A stretch of DNA of 63,976 nucleotides, filler included, from Chrysochromulina tobinii (lineage: Eukaryota), in assembly GCA_001275005.1 (NCBI GenBank). It is 9 parts of 9 records of this genome, joined end to end, with 100 filler letters (N's around TTAATTAATTAA, not from the genome) between each part and the next. Parts side by side here need not be neighbours in the genome. Positions count along the whole stretch, not along the records: positions 38,437 to 52,789 come from JWZX01000147.1; positions 52,890 to 56,048 come from JWZX01000148.1; positions 56,149 to 62,603 come from JWZX01000149.1; 6 more parts are not named here. One strand, given 5' to 3'. Below the pieces are notes generated by a model. That model searched no databases. It saw nothing but the letters and a program-made list of their open reading frames with translations, and was not told the origin of the DNA. The position numbers and the translations under genes were made by a program. The first letter of the stretch is position 1, and each line of letters opens with the position of its first letter. This document shows, piece after piece, positions 48,001-58,172 of the stretch.

Positions 48001-51000
48001 GGTCACTCCGAGGTCACTCCGAGGTCACTCCGAGGTCACTCCCAGGTCACTCCGAGGTCACTCCGAGGGCACTCCGAGGTCACTCCCAGGTCACTCCGAG
48101 GTCACTCCGAGGGCACTCCGAGGTCACTCCCAGGTCACTCCGAGGTCACTCCGAGGTCACTCCGAGGTCACTCCGAGGTCACTCCGAGGTCACTCCGAGG
48201 TCACTCCGAGGTCACCCCGAGGTCATCAGAGGTCGCGAGCACACCTGCACCGCCGCGAGTGATGTGAGCAGTTGGTCGAGCGAGGGAGGGAGCGCCTCGT
48301 GCAGCGGCGGCAGCGGCGAGGTATGCGTGAGCGGCACGAGGCTCGCGTGCACCTGATGAGGGGGGCAATCATGAGTGTCATCAGATGCGGGAGGCTGACG
48401 AGGGAGGCTGATGAGGGAGGCAATCAGGCACGAGGCTCGCGTGCACCGTCCCAAGCAGCTCGCCGATCTCGAATAATTGGACTAATTGGGTCTCCTGCTC
48501 GAGCTCGAGCAGAGATTGCTGGAAGTGCCACTCGGACTCGGCCGCGCGCGCGAGCTCCATCTGCGCCTGCGCCTGCGCCTGCGCCAGCTGCGCCTCCGCC
48601 TGCGCCCTCGACAGCACCTCCGCCGCCGTCTCATACGAGAGGGGTTCTCCCCCGTGCATGGGAGCGTCATAGAGCGTCTCGTCGAGCAAGTGGAGCCCCT
48701 CCTCCCCCGCCTCGGCATGGGGCGACGCATGCAAGTGCCCACCACGGCGCGCGCGAGAGGGGAGCCCCTCCTCCCCCGCCTCGGCATGGGGCGACAGCGG
48801 CGGCTCGCGGTGCTCGCGACGGCGCGAGGCCAATGGGGGGGGGCGCCGTACCGGGCGCGTGCTGCGGCGACGGCGCGGGCGGCGGATGCGAAGGCAGCAG
48901 CTGCGGCAGCGGCGAGGGACCGTGCGTCGGGAGCTGTGCGGGTGCCCAGGACGGCGCCACGTGCGAGTCGCGCCGCAGCTGCGTGGCGCCCAGTACGGCG
49001 CCCTCGAGGCGCCTCTGCCGTTCGCGCTCCTCCATTTGAGTCGCCCTCGCCATGCGCGCCTCCGCCTTCGCGCGCTGCTCGGCCAACGCCTGGAGCTGCC
49101 CTTGGACGCTCGTGTGGAGCTGCCCTTGGACGCTCGTGTGGAACTGCCCTTGGACGGAGCGAGAGTGCACCTGGCCGGCGCGAGATTGCATCTGGCGCTC
49201 GTCCGCTGAGCGAGATTGCATCTGGCGCTCGTCCGCTGAGGCATCGGCGCGTGCGCCCATCAGCTGCGCCTGCGCACATTCAGCGTCCCGGCGGGCCGCC
49301 ACCGCCGAGTCCGACGCCGACGCTCGGAAGTCTCTCGGAAGTCTCTCGGAAGTCTCTCGGAAGTCTCTCGGAAGTCTCTCGGAAGTCTCTCGGAAGTCCG
49401 ACGCCGACGCCGAGAGAGTCTGAAGTCGCTCGGAAGTCTCTCGGAAGCGGGCCAGCGCCGCCTCCGTCTCCGGCGCACCCGCCGATGCGAAGTACGGGGG
49501 GGCGGAGGCGTGCGGCAGCGTCGAGTTGGGCGGAGGCGCGACCACCGAGAACTGTGCCGAAAGCGAGCACGCGGCACGGGGGGCGCCCGCCACGACGCCC
49601 GGCGCACCGCCCGCCACGACGCCCGGCGCGACGCCCTGTGAACGGTCCGTTGGCGAGGCCAGGTGTGAACGGCCCCCTGGCGAGGGCCGGTGTGAACGTG
49701 TGCCCGAGCTGCGAGGCGGCGACATGAACTCGTCGGTGGGCGTCGTGGTGGGCGCGGCGCTGCCTGCTGGCGGTTCCGGGGGTGAGGTGTTCGGGGGGGA
49801 GGTGTTCGGGTAGGTGGGTTGGCGTGGCTCATAGCACTGAGGCGCGGGCTGTGGCGAAGGGGGGAGCGCATCGACTTCATGCGGGACGCCGAGCCGCGCC
49901 TCTCTCCCCCTCATCGGCCCGCCGCCTCCTCCCACCCCAACGGCAGCCGCGCTACCCGCCAGCACGGCGCCAGCGGAGCCGCCCGCCACGATGCCCGCGC
50001 CCGAGGCCGCCAAGTTGCGCTCGACACAGCGCTCGGGCCCGCGCGCTGGCGACGAGGAGTTGACGAACCCCCGTTCGGGGTGGCAGGCAGGGACAATGCG
50101 AGCGCCCGCCGTGCTGCGCGTGGCCGACGGCGCCGTGCCGGGCGCGGTGCGCGCCGTGCCGGGCGCGGCGGCGCCCGCCTCCGCGCCAGTCGCGCGCATG
50201 GGGCGGCTCGGCTTCGGTTGTCGCGCCGCCGCCGGGTCGACGCACTGCGGGCGCTCCCAGTGGACCTCGGCCGCGTACCCGCCGCTCGTGCCGCAGCCGC
50301 CGCCCACTCCGATGACGGAGGGGGGCGCCCAGTTGGGCGCCCACGACGGCGCGGGCGCCAGGGCCGCTCCGCGCGCCAACGGCAGCCCATTCACAGGCTG
50401 ATTCACAGGCTGGTTCACCATATGGGCCGGCGCCGAGTTGAGCGCCGGCGCGAGTGAATGGAGAGTGGGCGGCTGGGCGAACCGGGGCGCCGAGTTGAGC
50501 GCCATCGAGCGTGCCGCGCTGGGCGCCGTCGTGGGCGCATCCTCCGGCGGCGAAGGCGGCGGCGACATGGGATTCGAACCGCACGGCTCGAACGGCGCTA
50601 CTTCCATGCCGTGCAGTAGTTCGGGCTTCCGATCGGGCGCTGTCGTGGGCTTCCGATCGGGCGCTGTCGTGGGCTTCCGATCGGGCGCTGTCGTGGGCTT
50701 CCGATCGAGCCACGCCTCCGACCAGCGTTCCACAGCTTGGCCCAGCAGAGCCTCGCGACGCTCCTCCGCGCGCTCCGCGAGGCGCCCACGACAGCGCTCC
50801 GCGTGCTCGGCGAGTCGGCGCTTCTCGGCCTGCCGCGCACCTGTGGGGAGAGGGGCGTGGTCGCGCCGTGGTGAGCACTTGCATGCGGCGCGCGGCGTAC
50901 GCGTGCTCGGCCGACCGCGCCGTCGTGGGCGACGCACCGTGCTTGAGACGTTCCGCCTCCGCCGCGGATGTCTGCGTGTCGTAAAGTTGGGGCGGCGGCG

Positions 51001-51765
51001 CCCGCATGAGCTCTTCACAGCCCTCGGCTGCGCCGTGCATCGCCGCTTCCGCCGCGATCACGACGCCGTAGACGGCCGCAAAGAGATCCGAATCGTTCAT
51101 CGCGCCGTGGTGAGCACTTGCATGCGCAAAGAGATCCGAATCGTTCATCGCGCCGTGGTGAGCACTTGCATGCGCAAAGAGATCCGAATCGTCCCTCGCC
51201 GCCGCCGCCGCCTCGGACTGCGGACTTGGCGGCCGGTCGAGGGTCACCCCCTGTGGGAAATGGAGCAAGGGCAGCACCCTGCAGGCGGGCACGCTGCAGG
51301 CGCCCACGGCAGCGCTGCAGACGCCCGCAGACGCGGCCGGCTCCGCGGATGACGACGACCCCGCGTGTGCATCGAGGGCGTTGGTCCTTGACGAACCTTG
51401 ACGAACCTTGACGGACCTTGTCGGCGACCCCGCGTGTGCATCGAGGGCGTGAGGGAAATGGGAGGAGGCGTCGGCATGCGATGTGGCGGCGGGCGCGCTG
51501 TGGTGGGCATGCGCGCTGTGATGGGCATGCGCGCTGTGGTGGGCATGGGAGGAGGTGTCGGCATGAGATGTGGCGGCGGGCAGAGCGGCGGCGCTGTGGT
51601 GGGCATACGCGCTGTGGTGGACATGCGCGCTGTGGTGGGCATGAGCGCTGTGGTGGGCATGCGCGCTGTGGCGAGCATGGGCGCTGCGCCATAGTTCGAG
51701 CTCTGCCTGCGCGGCTGCCAAGCTGTCCCTGGCAGTGAGCAACTCCTGTGGCTGCTGCTGCCGCA

Positions 51766-51800
<35 letters not shown>

Positions 51801-52481
51801 TGCTGCTGCTGCTGCTGCTGCTGGACAGCGCCTGCGAGCGGTGCCGCCGTGGTGGGCATGTGCGCCGTGGTGGGCATGTGCGCCGTGGTGGGCATGTGCG
51901 CCGTGGTGGGCATGGGAGTACTCCGCGGCCGCGACGGCGTCGCGCCGCTCAGCCACGCCGCACGCGCCATGGCCGCCGGACCGAGAGGATCTGGACTCGA
52001 CACGTGGTTGCCTAATTTGGTATCCAAACTCGTTCCAACGACGGGGGCCGTTGCAACGGAGGTAGCTGCCACGTGGCAGCCTGACGTAACGGAGGTAGCT
52101 GCCACGTGGCAGCCGGACGTAACGGAGGTAGCTGCCACGTGGCAGCCTGACTTAGCTGGCAGCGCTGGCGGCAGCACGGGCGGCGATGGCGAGGAGAAGT
52201 GTGGCTCGGCCCGGGCGAGGACGACGCGCGCTGCATCGAGCAACGCCGCGGCGCTTGAGAGCGAAGGTGACTCGCGCGCCGGCGCGCCGCCGTGCTCGGC
52301 GGCGTGCACGTGGGCAAACGCCTGTGCGAATGCATGCACGTCGGGCACGCCGCTGCTGCCGGTGCCGCCGCCGCGCGCACGGCCGCCGCGCTGCTGCCGC
52401 CGCTGCTGCCGTTGATGGCGCTCCTCGTCCTGCGCTCCTCGTCCTGGGGAGGAGAGGGCGCCGTAGTGAGCACTTGCATGC
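40052..52481. repeat. Dispersed cassette A family GCATGCAAGTGCTCACCACGGCGC, about 14 copies, both orientations
   Basis: Copies near 40052(+), 40357, 40443, 43364, 43957, 45329, 45983, 46787, 47433, 48727(+), 50863, 51101, 51149, 52457; all in this one contig. Confidence 0.9.
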
Positions 52482-52737
52482 TGCTGCCGTTGATGGCGCT
52501 CCTCGTCCTGCGCCTGAAGCCAGCGCTGCTGCTGCTCGAGCTGCTGAAGCTGCTGCTGCTGTTGTAGCTGCTGCTGAAGCTGCTGCTGCTCGTACGCGTG
52601 CTCGTCCTCCTCCTCACCCTTGAAGAGATTCGATCTCATCGGCTGAGATGCGATCTCCTCCTCACCCTCGGGGAGCCGATGGCGGCGCCGTGAGCTCAGG
52701 CTGGGAGGTGGCGGAGGCGGCAGGTGCGGCGGTAGGT

Positions 52738-52789
<52 letters not shown>
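42358..52789 (-). CDS. Very large low-complexity/coiled-coil protein, 5'-partial, about 18 exons
   Basis: Predicted introns 50841-50937, 48353-48446, 47896-48244, 47678-47754, 47417-47485, 47155-47360, 46772-46848, 45978-46038, 45571-45782, 45268-45384, 44619-44823, 44190-44385, 43935-44086, 43644-43715, 43350-43548, 43128-43219, 42679-42764, all GT-AG and phase-compatible. One unexplained frame change near the G-run at 48835-48843. Confidence 0.75.
47937..48230 (-). repeat. Intronic 11-mer array (AGTGACCTCGG)n
   Basis: About 26 units of ccgaggtcact on +, inside intron 47896-48244. Confidence 0.9.
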
Positions 52790-53231
52790 NNNNNNNNNNN
52801 NNNNNNNNNNNNNNNNNNNNNNNNNNNNNNNNNTTAATTAATTAANNNNNNNNNNNNNNNNNNNNNNNNNNNNNNNNNNNNNNNNNNNNTGTGTGAATGT
52901 GAGTGTCTGTGTTCTAACGCGGGTAACGAACCCTGCAGCCAAACTTCTCGCGCACTCTCGCGAAAGCGCGTGTGGCCCGCGCGAGCATGGCTAGGATTCC
53001 TATGGAATACTTGAGCGGGCAGTTGATCTTAAACGAGCGCGTTGACGTGCGGGCCGTCATGCTCCACGGTGTCATCGCTAAGGACCGCGGCACGTGTCAC
53101 ACCCTCTATACGTACACACGCGCCCACACCCTGTAACACCCGGTGCTCTCCGGGCGGCATATGCGCGGGGTCTGGTCATATCCGGCACGTCGTCATCGCC
53201 CATCCAGCGCCCATCGAGATTGGTTTCGGGC

Positions 53232-54524
53232 TCAGGTCATATCCGGCAGGTCGTCGTCGTCGCTGTCGTCGGGTGCGTCACGTCTCGCCTGCTCCGCTGC
53301 CGCGACGTCCTTCGCGAGCATCTCCTTCCAGCCTTTGTTCACCGCCTCGCGGAGGAGTAGGATCGCGGGCACCGCACGCGGGTACTTCAACCCTTGTCCC
53401 AGCTTGAGGTTGGCGGTGAACATTTGGAGCACCTTATCGGTCTTTGGGCTCACGTTCCCGGCGGCACTTATAAGAGGGCGCATAAGTAATGTATCAGATC
53501 CGCCGATTACGAGATGATAGAGTAGGAATTGACTCGCCCCAGCAAAGCCAATGCGAGTAGCGTCGGAACCATCGTGCAACCACACGAGGACCTTGGGGCT
53601 CGTGCCCTCAGCGAGCGCCTTGGTACCACCGCAGTCTGGCAGGAAATCCTTTGTTGGATCAACACGCCCTGCACTGACCTCCTCTGGCCTCCACTCCTGC
53701 GAGATGAACTCCTCCACGTCGGCGTGGCTTGAGGCGAGCGAATACGAGAGCCCCGAGGCGAGCTCAGTCTCGAAGTCCGTGACGACACTCGGCGTCGGCG
53801 GCGCGACGGGCGCTGGGGCGGGCGTCAGCTTCGGGCGTTTTGCAGCTCCCTGCTGTGCACGTGAAAGAGATTCACGAACCTGCAGCACCAGGTGGTCACC
53901 GTCCCTAGCACCTCGAGATGAGGACGCTAGTACATTCTGGTAGCCCAACATCTTCAGCCAATTCTCCGCCTTCAGCCTGCAAATTGCCATTGGGCAACGC
54001 AACGATTGCAGGGTTGTATGCCGAGCCTACCTTTCCCAAGCCGCCGGTTCCGACCCCAGATGCCGCAGCACGTCCTGCAGCAAGGGCAGCAAGCCTGGGA
54101 GGCACCTGACAAGGTCTTGAGCTTCCGTTATGTTCGCCGCGGAAAGAGTGCGGATGGATTGCAACTGCGACTTTAGGGGCCCTGTGAGGCTATCGTAGCC
54201 AAAGTAGCCACCCTGACTTTTCCCGCTCCCTCCGGGCAGTCTCAGGAAGCCTGATTCGTCGCGGTTCGCAGGGTCAAGCATGTACTCGGCGAAGGTCCTG
54301 GCGCTCGCCGGTGGGCATCGGCACGACCATACTCCCACATTCGCATCGAGGTAGAGTGCTGGTGTCGATGTTGGCTCCAGGCTGACAGAATACGGTGCCG
54401 CGATGATGTGAAGGCTGAGCGCCAATGCTGATGGTGTCGTCTTCTGGAGTGCTGCAATAGCTTTCTCATTCCTTTGGTTGCTCGCAGCCGCATCGTCGAA
54501 GCGCTCTGCGTAGTCAGCGAACAT
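53232..54524 (-). CDS. Hypothetical protein, two exons
   Basis: Exons 54524-54031 and 53976-53232; a 54-nt GT-AG intron removes the single in-frame stop. Lower GC and weak codon bias; no family recognised. Confidence 0.6.
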
Positions 54525-54578
54525 CGCGTGAGTCGAGAGGAAAAAATCCGGCCCTTTTGCACATTTTTTTCCACACAA

Positions 54579-54657
54579 GGGTTTTTCCAAATCTCCCAAA
54601 TTCTCTCTGGAGATTTCAAATCTCCATGGAGATTTTGGGAGATTTAGGGGAAAACCC
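54579..54657. repeat. AT-rich imperfect inverted repeat between divergent genes
   Basis: tggagattt-c-aaatctcca core, aaatctcccaaa/tttgggagattt arms, gggttttt/aaaaccc ends. Confidence 0.85.
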
Positions 54658-54850
54658 GGTAAACAGCTATGCACGCAACGCGAAATCAAAATATGACGGG
54701 CGCGTGCAAGCGCACGGTCAGCATGTTAGCCTTCGATCGCCATCACGAAACAGACAGGAAACTGGCTATGACCGCTACGCGAAAACGCAAAGTTAGTCGG
54801 GAAAAAAACGGAATTCAGGCGGGCGCGCGGGCCCAAAGCGCCCGTCCAGC

Positions 54851-56048
54851 ATGCCGTTGTCGCAGGTGCCTGACCCTCCTCCATGGATGTCGATGGCCGA
54901 CACAGATGGTGCTTGGTATCCCGACCAGCATTGCATGGAGGCCTACTTGCAACTCGAGGCAGCCGGTGCCCCTGCTCGTCACCGCTTACTCATGAACATG
55001 CTCTTGTTGTATCCAAGCGAGACGAAGGTTGACACCGCGAGGAATCAGGATATGCTGGACTTCTACATGGAGAAGACGGGCTCAGTAAGTGCAGAGCACC
55101 TCCAGCACAAGTTGCAGCTGTACAATGACGCGACCGATGAGAAGCGACGCGACGACGAGTACATGTGTGACTTGACGAAAGAGTTTCAGTCAGGAGCAGA
55201 GCCGACTGCTGTGGTCAATGAAGGCAGAGCTGGCAGTACAGAATACTTCGAAAGATGGGTTGACGATGACGAGGACGAGCACCGACGGGATTCCAATGCG
55301 CTGTGGGAGGAGAACTCGCGCAGCGCGGCAGAGGAGCAGCGTTTGGCCGCCGAGCGCAATGCGAGCGCTGCTACCAGGACAAATCAAGATGACGGCGAGA
55401 CGACGGGCGCACCCGACGGCGCCGACACCGCAGCATCGAAGCCGCCGGTCGAGCCCACGCAGCCACCATCGGCGCCTCCCTTTGCCGCCACATCCATCAT
55501 CGCTATTCCCGAGGTGGTTCTTGACGCTGTTCGAGAGACAAAGCACGGCGAGACGACGGGCGCCGAACTCGACGGCGCCGACACCGCAGCATCGATGCCG
55601 CCGGTCGCGCCCCCGCAGCCAGCACCGTCGGAGCCTCCCGTCGCCGCCGCACCCGTCGCCGCCGCTCCCAAGACAAACGAAGAAGATGATGACATGCTGC
55701 CGCCACCCAAACCCGAGGTGGTTCCTGACGCTGTTCAAGAGACAAAGCACGGCGAGACGACGGGCGCCGAACTCGACGGCGCCGACACCGCAGCATCGAT
55801 GCCGCCGGTCGCGCCCCCGCAGCCAGCACCGTCGGAGCCCGAGGTGGTTCCTGACGCTGTTCAAGAGACAAAGCACGGCGAGACGACGGGCGCCGAACTC
55901 GACGGCGCCGACACCGCAGCATCGATGCCGCCGGTCGCGCCCCCGCAGCCAGCACCGTCGGACGAGGTGGTTCCTGACGCTGTTCAAGAGACAAAGCACG
56001 GCGAGACGACGGGCGCCGAACTCGACGGCGCCGACACCGCAGCATCGA
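54851..56048 (+). CDS. Acidic hypothetical protein with about 42-aa tandem repeats, 3'-partial
   Basis: Near-identical 123-126-nt units (EVVPDAVQETKHGETTGAELDGADTAASMPPVAPPQPAPS) from about 55508 to the contig end. Confidence 0.65.
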
Positions 56049-56148
56049 NNNNNNNNNNNNNNNNNNNNNNNNNNNNNNNNNNNNNNNNNNNNTTAATTAA
56101 TTAANNNNNNNNNNNNNNNNNNNNNNNNNNNNNNNNNNNNNNNNNNNN

Positions 56149-56261
56149 CATGCCCTAAATCAGAGGACGGCGCGTGCGACACTGACGTGCAATCCCTCGG
56201 CAAGCCCACGGAGAGGGCGCACGCGGCGATCCCACAGTCGATGATGCTCATGTGAACAAAA
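56149..56261 (+). repeat. Identical copy of the 3' end of the GT25 gene (=57741-57853)
   Basis: 113-nt exact match including the stop codon. Confidence 0.9.
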
Positions 56262-56365
56262 AAAGACTGTACACAACTTTCCCCACACGTTTCGCTGGGC
56301 CATTTTTTTTCTGCCTGAAACGCGGGATCGCGCAGTCATGAGAGAGGGCTTTTCGTCGCCGCAAA

Positions 56366-57847
56366 ATGTGGTCACGGCCGAGTGAGACAGCCGAGGACGT
56401 TCCTCGGTATCGCGATTCGCCACCGCGCCAGCAGCCTCACGACGACGACGGTTACCGCCGGGATGAATATCACCACACCGAAGGGCCCTCAACCTCGTCT
56501 CACCGCGCGTACGAGGGCGACAGGAGCAGAGGCGACAGGAGCAGAGGCGACAGCAGCCGAGCGCACAGCAGCCGAGCGCACAGCAGCCGTAACAGCAAGC
56601 ATGCGATGAGGAGCATGCAGAAGAAGACGGAGACGCTGAAGCGCGAGATTATCAAACTCGATGGCGAGTTGCAAGAGCTCGAGTCCAAGCGCAAGAAGGC
56701 AAAGCACGCCGCTCATAAAGCAGCGGAGGAGGTAAAGGTCGAGTTCTTGCGCAGCGCCGCCGTCATCCAGAGGCAGCTGGATGCCGACGCCGACGAAACG
56801 GAGCAGATAAAGTCTGCAGTCGCGCGTGACGAGCGTGAGCTCGAGGAGCTGCGCCGAAGGCTGCGTGAGCAGAACGAGCAGCAAGCGGAGCACCGCGCGC
56901 AGCTCGAGCGAGCGACGCAGGACAAGCTCGCAGATCTGCAGGGTGAAATAAGGGTGCTACGAGACTGGAGGCCACCGCAAAGTTCGAGTGTGCCCACCTC
57001 CAGCAAACCCGCGTTCGACCCAGGCTCCTCACATGTGAGGAGCCTCGATGAGCAACCCGAGCACGGTGTGAACACAGTGCTCGGGTTGCTCATCAACCTC
57101 GACCGACGTGCCGACCGGCTTGCCAAGATACGCGCGCTGAGGCTGCCCTTGGAGTGGGAGCGGCTTGAGGCGGTCGATGGACGCACGCTTTCGTGGGCGA
57201 AGCTTGGCCAGGATCAAGTTTTGCATCCGGACGCCCTCACCGAAGCGCAGTGGGCCGAGGCGCATTCGCTGCCTACGATTTGCCGCGAGACGGGCTCATT
57301 TTCACCGCATCTCACCTATGGCGCGGTCGGCTGCGCGCTCTCGCACCGCAAAGCATGGCAAGCCCTGCTCGATAGCCCGCCGTACAGAGAGTGCGCTCTG
57401 ATCATGGAGGACGACTTGTCAGGGGTCGCGCGTCAATTTGATTTGCAGCTCGGTCGGCTCCTGAGCGAGCTGCCGAACACATGGCACATTGTCTTCCTGG
57501 GGTACCACGAGTCGTCGGGGAGGCTGCTCCCCGTCAAGCAATCGCCACGCCATTTCGAGCAGCCTCCTGCAATGTGCTTAACCGGCTTGTACGCGTATCT
57601 GCTCCACCGACGGGGAGCACAGGCACTGCTGCAGCCGCAAGCCGTCTTCCCACTTCGTCATCAGGTGGATGTCGCGGTGAGCCTTTACCCTTGGCCTGCG
57701 GGCAGCCGCTTCATCCTCGACCCGCAGGCGGTGCTCGCGGCATGCCCTAAATCAGAGGACGGCGCGTGCGACACTGACGTGCAATCCCTCGGCAAGCCCA
57801 CGGAGAGGGCGCACGCGGCGATCCCACAGTCGATGATGCTCATGTGA
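56366..57847 (+). CDS. Glycosyltransferase family 25 protein with N-terminal coiled coil
   Basis: LINLDRRADRL, LEAVDG, GAVGCALSH..W, LIMEDD, WHIVFLG, AYLLHRRGAQALL. Confidence 0.9.
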   Translation: MWSRPSETAEDVPRYRDSPPRQQPHDDDGYRRDEYHHTEGPSTSSHRAYEGDRSRGDRSRGDSSRAHSSRAHSSRNSKHAMRSMQKKTETLKREIIKLDGELQELESKRKKAKHAAHKAAEEVKVEFLRSAAVIQRQLDADADETEQIKSAVARDERELEELRRRLREQNEQQAEHRAQLERATQDKLADLQGEIRVLRDWRPPQSSSVPTSSKPAFDPGSSHVRSLDEQPEHGVNTVLGLLINLDRRADRLAKIRALRLPLEWERLEAVDGRTLSWAKLGQDQVLHPDALTEAQWAEAHSLPTICRETGSFSPHLTYGAVGCALSHRKAWQALLDSPPYRECALIMEDDLSGVARQFDLQLGRLLSELPNTWHIVFLGYHESSGRLLPVKQSPRHFEQPPAMCLTGLYAYLLHRRGAQALLQPQAVFPLRHQVDVAVSLYPWPAGSRFILDPQAVLAACPKSEDGACDTDVQSLGKPTERAHAAIPQSMMLM

Positions 57848-58172
57848 ACAAAATTGATTAAGGGCTGCACCGGCCGTGCGACGAATGCCGTCAACGAATA
57901 TTTATGTCGCTGTGTGTGGGGGTCGGGGGTCGTGTGCGGGTGTGCGGCGTGTTGTGGGGTTTACTATGATCTGGACCGTGTCTCGTCCGTGTGTGTTGAG
58001 TTTGGTGAGTCACCGCGGCAACGTGTCGCCGCAGGGCTGTACCGTGCGCGTGTGGGGACCTCTCGGCGTCTCGGGTGTGCGTCTCGACTCTCGAGCGTGA
58101 CGAACCATTGAAGGTGTGTGAACATGACAATGCAAGGTCCTTAGGGAGAGGCAGAAAGCGCTCTATTCCCAA

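Noticed and set aside
40052..52481. Cassette A as a CRISPR repeat
   Set aside because: Irregular spacing, both orientations, spacers are host exon copies, no cas genes, eukaryotic context.
14972..57847. A glycan-biosynthesis gene cluster (ATP-grasp, FucT, ST-GT4, GT-like, GT25)
   Set aside because: Each gene is on a different contig; adjacency is an artefact of concatenation.
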